A stretch of 63,517 bases of DNA, filler included, from Octopus bimaculoides (Eukaryota): assembly GCF_001194135.2 (NCBI RefSeq). It is 5 parts of 5 records of this genome, joined end to end, with 100 filler letters (N's around TTAATTAATTAA, not from the genome) between each part and the next. Parts side by side here need not be neighbours in the genome. Positions count along the whole stretch, not along the records: positions 34,068 to 42,781 come from NC_068995.1; positions 42,882 to 61,449 come from NC_068983.1; 3 more parts are not named here. The stretch is one strand, 5' to 3'. Position 1 is the stretch's first letter; each line of letters opens with the position of its first letter. This document shows positions 42,440-55,589 of the stretch, piece after piece. The position numbers and the translations under genes are program-made. Below the pieces are notes generated by a model. It saw nothing but the letters and a program-made list of their open reading frames with translations. It did no database searches and had not been told where the DNA came from.

Positions 42440-42781
42440 AATCCAACAGGAACAAGCAAGAAAAAACAGCAACGCGAGGACGTGGAATAAGTACAGTGTT
42501 ATTGGACGCTCAGGAAAGGAAAGAAAAGAAAGAGGATTTCACGTTTCGAGCAGAGCCCTTCATAAGAAATATAGCAAAAGTCCAAAGAAGGGAAGACGTA
42601 AAAAGAAAATCGCCAACGATACACACGCGGTCACATATTGAAAAAAATCAATATATATATATATCAGGTCATCCCATAAGTTCTGTCCAATTTTACCTTT
42701 TTAAAATTGAATGAAATTTAATAGTATTTTAGAATGTCTATTGGAATTTAAAATTATTTTTATGCATTTGTATACATTTAA

Positions 42782-42881
42782 NNNNNNNNNNNNNNNNNNN
42801 NNNNNNNNNNNNNNNNNNNNNNNNNTTAATTAATTAANNNNNNNNNNNNNNNNNNNNNNNNNNNNNNNNNNNNNNNNNNNN
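42782..42881. other. Synthetic gap marker
   Basis: Same 44N-TTAATTAATTAA-44N construct. Confidence 0.95.
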
Positions 42882-42917
<36 letters not shown>

Positions 42918-43589
42918 TATATAGTATTGTCCCAAATGTAAGAACAATATCCCATTACGGGTCTTACAGTTGGAAGTAAGCCAAAGTGCAACTGTAAACC
43001 AAACTTTCTCTGAATTAAATATTAGTTCTAATATCATCATGCTTTGAGGAATAACTTTTATAAGGATTGTGCATAGATGCTAGAAATCCTCTTGGCAAGA
43101 AAAAAACAGATGAACTATCTGCAAGTTGAAAAGCAAGCTGCACAGAGCATGAAAGTATCTCTTCTTTTCTTTTCAGTTGCTTATTTTGTGGGAGTTTTGT
43201 TAGTTTGAAATACCATCCAAATGGTAGAGGCAGATAAGTTTCTCTAGATGTGGTAAGATATATAACAGCATCATTATTTGCTAAGCTGTCTGATGCGAGA
43301 AAGGAAAAGTAGATGAAACCGAAAAAAACCGACAAAATACTGAATAGCTCGCAAATCACTGAAGTTGACTGTGGTCACTCAGCAGATCAATAACCTATAG
43401 AAACCATTTGTTTCAATATTCTTTATTATATTTCACTGATCAGTCGGGATATTAAATACTAGTTTTTGTTGGTTTTCTTCATATTAACTGTCAAACCTTA
43501 ACGTAAAGCTTTCGACAGAAAGTGCCTTTCTAAGAATGTGAGTTGGTCGAAAGAACGATTTTTGGAGTACTCAGATATCTGTTTTGATG

Positions 43590-44300
43590 CCCACCCGTTT
43601 CAGAGAGTATAATAGTTTCGTAAAAATTGAACTAAACGCTCCGATAACTGATACTACTTTCACTTTTGCTGCTGAGCATCCTCTTATTCTTTACAGCTCT
43701 ACTTAAAAGTCATATTTAATGATATATGGTTTACGGTGCTCATAGGTTCTGTCTGTCTGGATGTCAAAACCACACAGAACTTTTGGTTTACCAGGTTCAT
43801 TTAGAGTCATTTCTGGTTCAGCCATAGTTTTTTACAAGGTAACCAGCGTAAACAGAGACAGATTTTATCATGAATTTTGCTTTCTGAGTTAAGATTTTAC
43901 AGCCTGCTATATGTTTTGCACTCGCTGATCAGTTAGGTGGTACATGTTTGTTGAAGCACTGGAATACATATGTTTGTTCACTGAACTAATGTCTCGAGCA
44001 TGGTCTTGAAGAACAACCAAGAACCTCTCAGTTTTTCTCTTTAAATCTCCACTTCAGAGCCAATCTCATGAGCCGTGATTTTTTGCAATTTTGTTGTTTC
44101 TATGGAACTGTCCATGTAACTACATTTCTTCTAGTGCTACATTTCTTTCACTAATTATCCTGCTTTGGTAAGCTTACTTCTTTTCAAGTTCAACAGGAAT
44201 AATAAGTCCCTTTCAGCCTGTTTAAGTAGTTCTTCATTCCTTTGTTTTTGTCATTTACTCAACTAGAAATGCTAATACGTTCGCTTCCTTACAACTCTTG
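43590..44300 (-). mobile_element. R4/Dong-like (restriction-like endonuclease) LINE 3' fragment
   Basis: LHGQFHR, SGDLKRKTERFLVVLQD, HIAGCKILTQK, KVLCGFDIQTDRTYEHRKPYII (resembles KILWDFNIQTDR..RRPDI), KVKVVSVIGAFSSI. All in the expected order, with stops. Confidence 0.75.
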
Positions 44301-44304
44301 CTTC

Positions 44305-44346
<42 letters not shown>

Positions 44347-44460
44347 GACATTTGCCTATTTAATGTTTTTGTCCAATCTTCTATTTCAGTACTATAATGC
44401 ACTTTTTTTGTAAACGAAGAAGGCAATTTACGTATTAACTCCAATATAATATCGGTCCCA

Positions 44461-44615
44461 GGATGTGGCTGTGTGGTTAAAAAGCTCTCTTTGTAATCAC
44501 ATAATTTTGGGTTCGATCGTAATTCTCATCTCTTTGTGCAAACATCATTCGCCATAGTTTTGGGTATTAAAGTGTTTTTGAGAACTTTCGTAGATGGAAA
44601 TTTTGTGTAAGATCG
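44461..44615 (+). mobile_element. Old tRNA-derived SINE
   Basis: Head gtggctgtgtggttaaaaagct...gggttcgatc; divergent body. Confidence 0.6.
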
Positions 44616-45277
44616 TTGAAGAAACCGATTCTGTTGTGCGATAGACATACCCGTCGCTCGTTATTACACCACCATCTGGCCCCTGAGGGCCTTTAGCAGA
44701 GTTCATTATCTTGCAAACATTCGAGTCAGGTCCTTCCTTAAGTCACGGAGTTTCTGAAAGTGTTATGAGTGTTGACTTCTCTCCTCTGGTTAAGCCAGTA
44801 AAATATCAAGTCTCTCCAAGAATTGAACTGAGAAAGGAAAGCAAACGAAAATAGGCAGTTTAAAGCACTACTCTTCTACCTATCCACCGACATTTTTAGC
44901 TTTTGGGTTTCTTTTTTATTATTATTATTATTATTCATTTTAGTCGAAATTCACGAAACGTTATTAATGTTTATGAGTGAAACTGCAATGTGATACTTGT
45001 TTTCGCAAGTTTAGGTTTTGATTTCAAGTGCTACCGGAGTTGATATGGCTTTCTATCACTCCGAGAACAATGAGTTATGTAACAGTAAGTTTAATCGGTC
45101 AACTAAAGACCCTCCTTAGAAAAGGAGAAAATCTGTCCTCGTACATAAGTGAAAATAATATATCAAAAAGTGAAAAAATATATATTTTCTGTTGTCTGAA
45201 ATAACTACAATTTATTACTACACTAAGAAATAGATGGATATGTTATAAAATAACTGCTTTATTTATCTTTGAAACAG

Positions 45278-45352
45278 TACATCGCCGTTATCGCGTCGGC
45301 GCTCACATTGCAAGTATCATCTGCCACAATGGGATTCATGTTTAAAGATAAG
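45278..45352 (+). CDS. Tetraspanin internal exon (TM3): YIAVIASALTLQVSSATMGFMFKDK
   Basis: Acceptor ttttatttatctttgaaacag and donor gtaagg; 75 nt, phase 0-0. A 75-nt TM3 exon with a polar Q/E and a ...F..KD(K) ending is the conserved tetraspanin exon seen in CD9/CD63/CD81. Joins in frame to the next exons. Confidence 0.88.
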
Positions 45353-45418
45353 GTAAGGCATTTTTCCGTTTCCTGGAGTAGACTTTCAATAAAATATTTT
45401 GTGATTTACGCTCAGTTG

Positions 45419-45495
<77 letters not shown>

Positions 45496-45709
45496 GTCTG
45501 TGTCTGTATCTGTGTGTGTGTGATTTTTTCGTAGGTGTGATGTGAAAAGTGAGTTTGCTTGAACTACTTCGTTCACATTATTGGTGTTATTATGAAAGCA
45601 TAAAAGATATTTCTTTTTTGCCACACTAAAGTTACAGATAAATCTTAAAGTGTGTGTACATACATAGAGGGAAGACAAAAATATGAGATTCAAACCTACA
45701 TACACAGAG

Positions 45710-45735
45710 GCACACACACATGCATATACACATGC

Positions 45736-45817
<82 letters not shown>

Positions 45818-45994
45818 GGATATAAGCATATATATATGTATATATACATCCATCTATCTGTCTATATATACGTATATAGGCATATATATATATACATATA
45901 TATAGGCATATATATATATATATATATATACATATATATAGGCATATATATATGCATATATATATGTATATAAGCATATATATCTATCTATCTA

Positions 45995-46033
<39 letters not shown>

Positions 46034-46162
46034 GTATGTGTATAAGAATATATATCTATCTATATAAATATAAGCATATATATGTATATATATAAGCATA
46101 CATATGAATATAAGCATATATATGTATATGTATATATATATGTGGGTGTGTGTGTATGTGTG

Positions 46163-46208
<46 letters not shown>

Positions 46209-46260
46209 CATATATATATATGTGTGTGTGTATAAACATATATATATGCATATATATATT
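45710..46260. repeat. Compound (GATA)n/(TA)n/(TG)n low-complexity tract in the tetraspanin intron
   Basis: Directly visible. Confidence 0.9.
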
Positions 46261-46347
46261 TATTTGTGTACTGTTGTATCTGTGTTTAATGTATATATTG
46301 ATATAAGATTAAATCGTAAATATTATTCTAAAATTTCTACTTGGTAG

Positions 46348-46458
46348 TGGCAAAACCATTTGGAAAATGAAGTTCTTCAAGAAATCTCATCCAGTTTTGA
46401 TGGCAAAGTTAACTCTAACAATACGTTTACTCAAATATTGAATTCATTCCAGATAACG
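46348..46458 (+). CDS. Tetraspanin internal exon (EC2 helices): WQNHLENEVLQEISSSFDGKVNSNNTFTQILNSFQIT
   Basis: Acceptor tttctacttggtag and donor gtaagc; 111 nt, open, phase 0-0. Ends with the typical ..FQ.. directly before the CCG exon. Confidence 0.88.
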
Positions 46459-46567
46459 GTAAGCATTAACCTTTTAACCGTGGATATATCTTCAACGAAA
46501 TAAGCCTATGTAATAGCGAAGTGAGACCATAGATATTGATCTCTGATTGGAATTATTTAAATACTAT

Positions 46568-46730
46568 GCGCAGATGTGACTGTGTTAAGAAGCTTCCTTC
46601 GCAACCACATGTTTCTGAGTTCAGTCCCGCTGCATGGTACCTCGGGCAGGTGTCTTCTATTATAGACTCGGCCCAACCAAAGCCTCATGAGTTGATTTGG
46701 TAGACGGAAGCGAAAAGAAGCCCGTCGTGT
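46568..46730 (+). mobile_element. tRNA-derived SINE in the tetraspanin intron
   Basis: Colinear with 38771-38930; ends aagaagcccgtcgtg(ta)n. Confidence 0.85.
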
Positions 46731-46747
46731 ATATATATATATATATA

Positions 46748-46945
46748 CTCTTTTTACTCTTTTACTTGTTTCAGTCATTTGACTGTGGCCATGCTGGAGC
46801 ACCGCCTTTAGTCGAGCAATTCGACCCCAGGACTTATTCTTAAGCTTAGTACTTATTCTATCGGTCGCTTTTGTCGAACCGCTAAGATACGGGGACGTAA
46901 ACACACCAGCATCGGTTGACAAGCGATGCTGAGGGGACAAACACA
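46748..46945 (-). mobile_element. SINE-like repeat (…ggtgctccagcatggcc…aatgactgaaacaagtaaaaga tail family)
   Basis: Reverse-complement match to 47377-47570 and direct match to 57685-57875. Confidence 0.8.
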
Positions 46946-47376
46946 CACACATATATATATATATANNNNNNNNNNNNNNNNNNNNNNNNNNNNNNNNNNN
47001 NNNNNNNNNNNNNNNNNNNNNNNNNNNNNNNNNNNNNNNNNNNNNNNNNNNNNNNNNNNNNNNNNNNNNNNNNNNNNNNNNNNNNNNNNNNNNNNNNNNN
47101 NNNNNNNNNNNNNNNNNNNNNNNNNNNNNNNNNNNNNNNNNNNNNNNNNNNNNNNNNNNNNNNNNNNNNNNNNNNNNNNNNNNNNNNNNNNNNNNNNNNN
47201 NNNNNNNNNNNNNNNNNNNNNNNNNNNNNNNNNNNNNNNNNNNNNNNNNNNNNNNNNNNNNNNNNNNNNNNNNNNNNNNNNNNNNNNNNNNNNNNNNNNN
47301 NNNNNNNNNNNNNNNNNNNNNNNNNNNNNNNNNNNNNNNNNNNNNNNNNNNNNNNNTGTGTGTGTGTGTGTGTACC

Positions 47377-47570
47377 TCCACCATCGCTTGACTACCGATG
47401 CTGATGTGCTTATGTCCTCGTAACTTAGCCAAAGAGACCGATAGAATAAGTACTAGGCTTACAAAAAATAAATCCTGGAGGTCGATTTCTTTGACTAAAA
47501 CCCTTTAAGGTGGTGCTCCAGCATGGCTACGTTCAAATGACTGAAATAAGTAAGAGAATAAAAGAATACT
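47377..47570 (+). mobile_element. SINE-like repeat, same family as 46748-46945, opposite orientation
   Basis: catcgcttgac..ccgatgctg..gaccgatagaataagtactaggctt..ggtgctccagcatggc..aaatgactgaaa. Confidence 0.8.
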
Positions 47571-47624
47571 AATGTTGTGAAAAGCATGAAGACTCCAAGT
47601 TTACAGTTTCTCCTCCGTTAAATA

Positions 47625-47826
47625 TTGGTTTCCAATTTTTAGCACAAGACCAACAATTTCGGGGCAGGAGAAAGTCGGTTACATCGACTCCAGTGCTCAA
47701 GTGGTAGTTATTTTATCGACGCCGATAGAATGAAAGGCAAAAATCAACCTTGGCCTAATCTGAACTCAGAACCTAATGACGGACGAAATGCTGCATAGTA
47801 TCTGACCCTGCGTGCTAATGATTCTG
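47625..47826 (-). mobile_element. SINE (ggcgagctggcagaatcgttagc family)
   Basis: Matches 59221-59323 (gacggacgaaatgc..gctaa(c/t)gattctg) and 36705-36850. Confidence 0.75.
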
Positions 47827-48499
47827 AATTATTTATTACCCACAAGGGGCGAAATACAGAGGGGACAATACAAGATAATACAAACATGTGGGTAGGTGAA
47901 ACGGATGAAAGGGTGAAATGGCAAAATGAAAGATGTAATGATGACGCTCATCCCCACCTCCGGGCGCCGTTATTTCACTTTTGATTACTTTTTAACAAAG
48001 TCTTCAGCGTTAATGTTAAAGTTTAAATTTAAATTTTCAGCACTTATCATGCACGGTATTTCTATTTTTCTCCATTTTGACTTCGAAGTATTTCACTTTC
48101 TTGTAATTCTCCAATTTCTTTTTACCTCTTGTATCGATTATCGCACATCTCAAATGCATGGGGATTTGGTTCCAATCATTTACCAATTTAGTACTTTCCA
48201 AACTCTTGATTTCGGTTAACAATTGTTTATTCATAAAAAATGAATAATTTTGTTACTTTGTTTTCTTTTATTTTTTATTTTACGGGGATGGGGTTGGGAA
48301 TTTTGAGACACCTATGAGTGCATGCAAGAATTTTCCATGTCGGCCGGGGTAGGGGAAGGACAAGTGGTTGCAGGGGAAAGATGTGGCAAAGGGGGCATGG
48401 GTGGGACTCATCACTGTCAGTTTGTGTCTTCCTTTTTTTCTTTTCTGTTTTTTCCCATCCTTCTTTTGATGTTGTCTCTATGTTGGTTTCTAGGGGAGG

Positions 48500-48965
48500 C
48501 GGAAGTGTGGTTTCCTTTTTGCTTTTGGTGTCAGCGAGAGGTGAAGGACAGTCAACCCTAATGTGACCCTTTTGGCTACATTGGTAATACCTAGGGATTC
48601 TCCCCTCCCCATTTTAACCCTCAGCACTACATCTTCCAAAGTGATGGTTTCAATCATATTTTCAATGTCTTCAGGGTTAGCGTGAATCAGTATCTCCAGC
48701 CCGTGCGCCTGCCAGTTCTTATAGGCCGTGCACGTGGCTTGGAGGACTACCACTTTCTCCTCCAAGCCTAACAGGATCGCGTCTACTAACCAGGCTGCAT
48801 CTATCTCTGGGGCTATGTCTTCCTCCCTCACCCTGGAAGTACATCTTCCAAGATATGTGGGTAAAAGAACAAACTCCTTCGTCTTCAGCGGGATTACAGA
48901 GTGCAGCCTGGTGGTTGATGTATCCCTGAACTACACCTCCACCGTGCCGTACTTCCTGCCTCTAT
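48500..48965 (-). mobile_element. Non-LTR retrotransposon ORF1 remnant (L1/Tx1-like) with CCHC zinc knuckle
   Basis: RKYGTVEV*F...LLPTYLGRCTSRV...; frameshifted knuckle RYYQCSQKGHIRVDCP at about 48545-48595 (first C mutated to Y). GC-richer than the flanks. The clade assignment is inference; the element may extend over about 47830-50065. Confidence 0.5.
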
Positions 48966-51001
48966 GTATATGCATTATTTCGCCACATATGGGCTTTAAC
49001 GCTTTTTTCTTTTTGACTTGGGGTCATTATTTCAATTTTTTGACTCTCCGCTGAAAGCATTCGACACAATAAATTTCTCCTTATGATTTAACATGACAAC
49101 TTCATTTATTTATGTAGCTATTTCTAAGTCTCTTCTACCATATTATCATTTCTGAAACCATAGCTTTAATACTCTTAGTTTAGTCCTGATTTTCTAACTT
49201 TATTCCTCCCCTTTTTTCCTTCTCCTTCTTCTCCCCCCCCCCTTTCACTTTGATTTGTTTTGGCCATTGATATCTTCTCTTCTTATGGTTTTCTTATAAA
49301 TAATATCTCTCTTCTACTACCCTACATAAATGTATATCTTATTCTAATTTAACTATAAATGTTTGTCTTATTCTAATTTAAATATTAATGTTCTCTATGG
49401 TTTTAAATTTAGCACTTTAGTTTGTTGTATTATTCTAAATACACAGACGAATAGATATATTCTTAATAATTCTCCAATATCTTGACCTAAATTCCCTTAC
49501 CTTAAATTTCCTCTAGCCACTCCTTAGAGTATCGTCCTTCTATTTTCATTTTTATTTCTATATATATATTTTTTTCCTCCTTTTTTTTTTCTTCTCTCTT
49601 TTTTCTCTTGCTTGATTCACCCCTAACCTGCTTTCATTACTACCTAACCTACCTTGCTCTAAATTGAAATTATTGCTATCTTACCCCTCCTTCTAGAAAA
49701 AAGAACAAATAGAATATATAGAAATTAAATTCCTGTTTGGTTCACTAGACTGTTAATTAACAGCCCAGTCAAGTTGGTATTTTCTTCATCTCCTACTCTT
49801 GTTTTTGCACACATTTACAAAATGACTTTCTGAAATGAGGTTCCATTATGCAGCTGAGGAGTACATTTTCATTGCACATCTTATGTGGTGTTCTCACTAC
49901 ATAAATAAATGAAGTTTGTACGAAACGTACGTACTGCTATAACCTAATACATTTTTGTTGCTTTTCTTCAAATTTTATTCACCAAATCTCTTGATTTTGT
50001 TTTTGGTTTTTACCCTACCAAATTCTGGTGCCACAAACATTTTAAGCACCACATTTAATCTTTTNNNNNNNNNNNNNNNNNNNNNNNNNNNNNNNNNNNN
50101 NNNNNNNNNNNNNNNNNNNNNNNNNNNNNNNNNNNNNNNNNNNNNNNNNNNNNNNNNNNNNNNNNNNNNNNNNNNNNNNNNNNNNNNNNNNNNNNNNNNN
50201 NNNNNNNNNNNNNNNNNNNNNNNNNNNNNNNNNNNNNNNNNNNNNNNNNNNNNNNNNNNNNNNNNNNNNNNNNNNNNNNNNNNNNNNNNNNNNNNNNNNN
50301 NNNNNNNNNNNNNNNNNNNNNNNNNNNNNNNNNNNNNNNNNNNNNNNNNNNNNNNNNNNNNNNNNNNNNNNNNNNNNNNNNNNNNNNNNNNNNNNNNNNN
50401 NNNNNNNNNNNNNNNNNNNNNNNNNNNNNNNNNNNNNNNNNNNNNNNNNNNNNNNNNNNNNNNNNNNNNNNNNNNNNNNNNNNNNNNNNNNNNNNNNNNN
50501 NNNNNNNNNNNNNNNNNNNNNNNNNNNNNNNNNNNNNNNNNNNNNNNNNNNNNNNNNNNNNNNNNNNNNNNNNNNNNNNNNNNNNNNNNNNNNNNNNNNN
50601 NNNNNNNNNNNNNNNNNNNNNNNNNNNNNNNNNNNNNNNNNNNNNNNNNNNNNNNNNNNNNNNNNNNNNNNNNNNNNNNNNNNNNNNNNNNNNNNNNNNN
50701 NNNNNNNNNNNNNNNNNNNNNNNNNNNNNNNNNNNNNNNNNNNNNNNNNNNNNNNNNNNNNNNNNNNNNNNNNNNNNNNNNNNNNNNNNNNNNNNNNNNN
50801 NNNNNNNNNNNNNNNNNNNNNNNNNNNNNNNNNNNNNNNNNNNNNNNNNNNNNNNNNNNNNNNNNNNNNNNNNNNNNNNNNNNNNNNNNNNNNNNNNNNN
50901 NNNNNNNNNNNNNNNNNNNNNNNNNNNNNNNNNNNNNNNNNNNNNNNNNNNNNNNNNNNNNNNNNNNNNNNNNNNNNNNNNNNNNNNNNNNNNNNNNNNN
51001 N

Positions 51002-51059
<58 letters not shown>

Positions 51060-51713
51060 CGTGCCTATTATAGATATAGATGTTTTCTTTCGCTGAAGTA
51101 GTCGTATTTAGTACACTATACTTAAACTTGTATTTATCTCTATACATTTCATGATAATCATCATCTGGTCGGGTGTCTTGCAAAAGTAACTCTTCCACGT
51201 CATACGCCCTAATCAAGCGATGTCACATGAACTTCTGTTGGGTTTTAACCACATTGGTCTTTCGCTAGCTGAAATATTTCATCTTCGCACGCCATGACTA
51301 CAGATAATAGAAGTAGTTCGTTGCTAACTGAACTGGTTGATCCTGGCTATTGACAAATTGTCTGCTCATCCATATTCATTAAGTTCATTTGCCGAAATAA
51401 TTCACATCCATCATGCTGCATCACTTGATTCCAACTCGGGTGGTTACATGCTATTAACTCATAGCTAGGGCTCTGACAGTAGTTACTATTATTCCGATTT
51501 AGAGTAGATATGGTAGACAATAATGGCTAGGAGGTGGTTCCACACCCCTCAAAACTCAAACTCCTGAATCAGGGCTCCCACGACCGAAGGCAGAATAAAG
51601 TCATATCTAGGATACTCAAAATAACTCACAAACTTAAAACATATCCATCTATACATTTTGTTTGTAGTACGCAATACTTAAATATATATTTATTTATATG
51701 TATTCCTTTGTAG

Positions 51714-51881
51714 TTTGAATGCTGTGGTGTTAATAATTACACTGATTTTGAAAGAGCCAATCTCTGGACAAAGAATTACAATGGAACAACCACAATAATA
51801 CCACTGTCTTGTTGCCGAGATCGGAGAATTACAACAGACTGTCTGACTTCGCCAAACGGGAAGAATTCTTATATCGAGAAG
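51714..51881 (+). CDS. Tetraspanin internal exon (EC2 variable region): FECCGVNNYTDFERANLWTKNYNGTTTIIPLSCCRDRRITTDCLTSPNGKNSYIEK
   Basis: Acceptor tattcctttgtag and donor gtatac; 168 nt, open, phase 0-0. Contains the hallmark CCG and PxSCC motifs. Confidence 0.95.
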
Positions 51882-52260
51882 GTATACAAACCTTTAATGC
51901 ATATTTTATTAATTGTATAGTTAATGCAGATATTGCTATGTGAATAAGCAGTTTGCTTCAACTAGCCACGGATTCGATCCAGGTTAGGTGTGTGTGGTAA
52001 CTTGGGGAAGCATCGCTTGCAGTATCCTTAGATTGATTACTGCTCTCTGAATTAAAATTGGTAGATAGAAACTCTGTGTAAGTGTGTGTGTGTGTTTGTA
52101 TGTGTGTGCATGTGTGTGTGTGAGAGAGAGAGATAGGGAGAGATACGTAAATGGGTGAGATGTAATGGATGGATGGATGGATGGATGGATTAAGGGATAG
52201 ATGGATGTTAGGATGGGTCTCGGCATTAAAACAAAAGACCAAATTAACCTTTATCGAACA

Positions 52261-52472
52261 TACGAGAGGTGCTGAAAAGTTCTTGGCTTTAAGGGCGTCG
52301 CGAAAGTCCTGGCTGGAGGCCCAACCTTCCGAGGTCTTTTATAGGGCTTAGAAAAACTGAAGGACTACTGCAATAAGTATGTGAATCGGAAGGAAATATG
52401 TTGAATAAAATCATGTTTAACTGATCCTCCTGCATTTTCTTTTACCCAGGAACTTTTCAGCACCCTCTCGTA
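52261..52472 (+). mobile_element. Non-autonomous mariner (MITE) with TIRs and TA TSD
   Basis: Left end TA-CGAGAGGTGCTGAAAAGTTCTTGG; right end CCAGGAACTTTTCAGCACCCTCTCG-TA. The interior retains a transposase C-terminus-like segment ending ...KYVE*. Confidence 0.9.
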
Positions 52473-53381
52473 TATTCTAAGAGTATTACATAAGATCAAG
52501 TAAAAAGAAATGAGGGTACATCTCGCAGAACTAAGTGACAAGGTTCTGTGAGGAATTTGGGTTAATTCTGGCGTGGCTTCAAATCGGCTATTTATATAAC
52601 CATCGGTGACATCTTCAGAACCTTCGAATTGCAAATTAGCGAGAAGCTTACATATACTACGTTTACCACCTTGATCCATGTCTGGTAAACATTTACGTGA
52701 TGTTCTGTTCTCCTAATGGGTTAGCCATATTTTTTATAGCTATCTGAATAGACTGTGGTTCATAACTGGAAAATCTAAGTGAGATGGTTTGAATGTATAC
52801 TACACACACATATACACATAAATGTTTCCTATGTTTCCTATGTTTGTGAGCATACTGGTGTAAATCGGTCAGCTGAGTTGCGTCCTTTACGTCAAAAGAT
52901 GATTAATATAGTAGCGAAGTCGATTCAGTCGACCTCAGTCGAGCAGTGCAACAGCTTGGCCGCAGACATTTGACTGAAACCAATAAAAAAAGTTTTTAAA
53001 TGGCTGAAAACTATGTTCGTGTGCGTGCATGCGTGTGCATGCATATGTAAGTTTAGTTAATTTATTCAGCTCCAGCGAAATGCTATAGCATATTGTGTTG
53101 GCCCACCCTCCGTTCGAAAAGTTCAAAAAAAATAATAAAATCTAACAGAACCTGAACCTAGGACTAAAACTGAATCCAATGACGGTTAACACTTGAACTC
53201 AGATATTTGACAACAAAGCAGGTAACACAAGCATAATTATGAACTCAGTTCTAAAATTGTACTTTCTTGTGTTGTCGCTACTGTTGGTTTGTTGTTGTTG
53301 TGTCCTGGTTGAACAGACTCATTGAACAGACTCACAATTAAAGGCATTTCAGCTATGACTAGCACATTTTTACTGGTTTTC

Positions 53382-53420
<39 letters not shown>

Positions 53421-53834
53421 AGAACTATATGAGCCAATATATCTTTCCTTCTTTGAAGAAAGGGTTTGAGGGATGTTGTTCTTCTTTTTCTAGCGTAACA
53501 AGCAACTGTATACAAGCTTCTACGTTGTGAGAATGAAGGGTGAAAGCCTGCTTATATTTAATATACAGTATATACAAACTGTCAGCAGAAACATATCGAA
53601 TATCATATAACTGTCAGTATGATTAACTTACTGCTGAGAAGTAATGCATTAAGAGGGAAATTAAGACACAAAAGAAAACTGTCAGCTGACATTTTTATTT
53701 TGTGTCTGTTAACGAAGTTGACAAATAGTAAACTAGCTATCAAACTAAGATCATTCATCAATCTCAGCTTGAAGCAAATAACTTTTGTATACGCAGTCTA
53801 TCCAAAACGAAAACGAATTTAAAAGAAAAAAAAA

Positions 53835-54290
53835 GTTATTGTTTCATGCACAATTTATTCGAAATAATTTCAACTTCTGTTGATACATCGTTTCTTACGT
53901 CTCCCAACGTTTTGAGCGTTTCCTATAAGACAGTTAAAGGTAATGCCATTTTACCCAATCGAATTTTCCTTGAATTCTTCTCTCGTCTGAAACTGGCGAT
54001 CTTTGGTGGGTAAACTTCAATTCAGAGAAACCTGCGAGAACCAAACCAGGAAAGTTTGGCAGCTGAAAGATGAAAGTTGTCTCGTTCTTTGGCAAACAGT
54101 CATAGGTAAAGTGTGGTGAATGAGCGGCTGAGTATCCTTGTCTCAGACATCTTCTTTCGTACTGTGTCTTTCAAACACACCGGGACATCCAGATAAAACT
54201 CTTATCAACCATCAGAGGGCGTAGGTGAAGCTTATGAGCAACCTCCTTCCAATCAAAAATGACGATCAACATCACTATCACATTTGAGCG
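53835..54290 (-). mobile_element. Mariner transposase C-terminal remnant
   Basis: IVIFDWKEVAH, LKDTVRKK, QLPNFPGLVLAGF (resembles QPPYSPDLAPADF), RQFQTREEFKENS, RCINRS*NYFE*. Confidence 0.7.
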
Positions 54291-54890
54291 AGTAAAACAT
54301 GCTTTCATGGTTTAGGTGTTTCTTTTTTGAACGATGTGCCAATATCCAACCTGATGGGACGACTAACACCCCCATGCCATCTCACACACATACACACATA
54401 CACTTTTTTCGATATTGTAACTGTTATCCACACTTTGTCACTTGCTTTGACACTTTTCAGGAAGTTTTCATCAGCATTTGAATTATCAAATACCCCCGAA
54501 TCTTATAATAATTCTGCTAGTCATTCCGTTACTTAGCCCGTCGTGGTTAGAGAAAAAGGGGGAGAGAGGAGCGACCATGGTGTGAGGCTGAAGGAATGTA
54601 AATGTCGCGCTTTCACGTGATTAGCTCAAGAGAAAGGGAGAAGAAAGAAAAAGAAGAGAAAAAGATAAGTTGGAGAGTGAGACAGAAAGAGGGAGAAAGA
54701 AAAGGCAGACAGAGAAAATGACGGAAAGAAAAAAAAGAGATAGAAGTGTCCATAACGTGAGGTAGGGGGAACGTAATATTTATTTCATGGTTTAAAAAGT
54801 TAGTTGAAAGTAGGGATGATGTAGGGGAGGTGAGTTAAAAATATAATTTTAGCAGAGAGATGGTGTTCTGATGGTGAGGTTTAAGAAAGG

Positions 54891-54940
<50 letters not shown>

Positions 54941-55589
54941 NNNNNNNNNNNNNNNNNNNNNNNNNNNNNNNNNNNNNNNNNNNNNNNNNNNNNNNNNNNN
55001 NNNNNNNNNNNNNNNNNNNAGAGAGAGAGAGAGAGAGAGAGGGGTGGAGAGAAGGAGAGGGAGAGAGATGATGGTTGGGGGTGACTGGATAGTGAAAAGC
55101 GTATTTTTTTGATTGAACTAAGTTTTTTTTTTATATCACTTATCACTTAACACATGCGCATAAGTGCAATTGTGTTAAATATTCACGATTATTTACGTGG
55201 CAGGTGTGTGCATTTTATGGAGAAACTGGAAAAATAAGAGTGAATATTTCTTTAATGAGGGTTGTGTATTAAGTCTATAAAATTGTGCATAAAGTATATA
55301 AAATGTATATATAAAATACATTAAGTAATCATCGTATTTCAATTTCATTTTTCAATGAGTACCAGATGAGCGACTACCTTTCCATACAGGCTATGCTTTC
55401 AGGATTTTGTGATAAAGTTTCCAAAAATGACCCAATAGGTTTACCATTAATTCCGTGAAATATTCACGGGTCTAGCTAGTTGACTATAATTTTGTTCTCT
55501 GTTCACAAATTTTACGATAACACGTTACATCATTTTTTTTTCTATTAAAATTATGTAGCACGAACTTTTACAGAGTAAGATACTTTTTT

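Noticed and set aside
43177-43252. Well-bounded exon candidate upstream of the TM3 exon
   Set aside because: Stops in all three frames, so it cannot be the coding TM2 exon.
49955-51216. Long ORFs spanning N runs (also 15651-16327, 31220-32110, 32989-33582, 46557-47432, 62258-62711)
   Set aside because: Their length comes from untranslatable N gaps.
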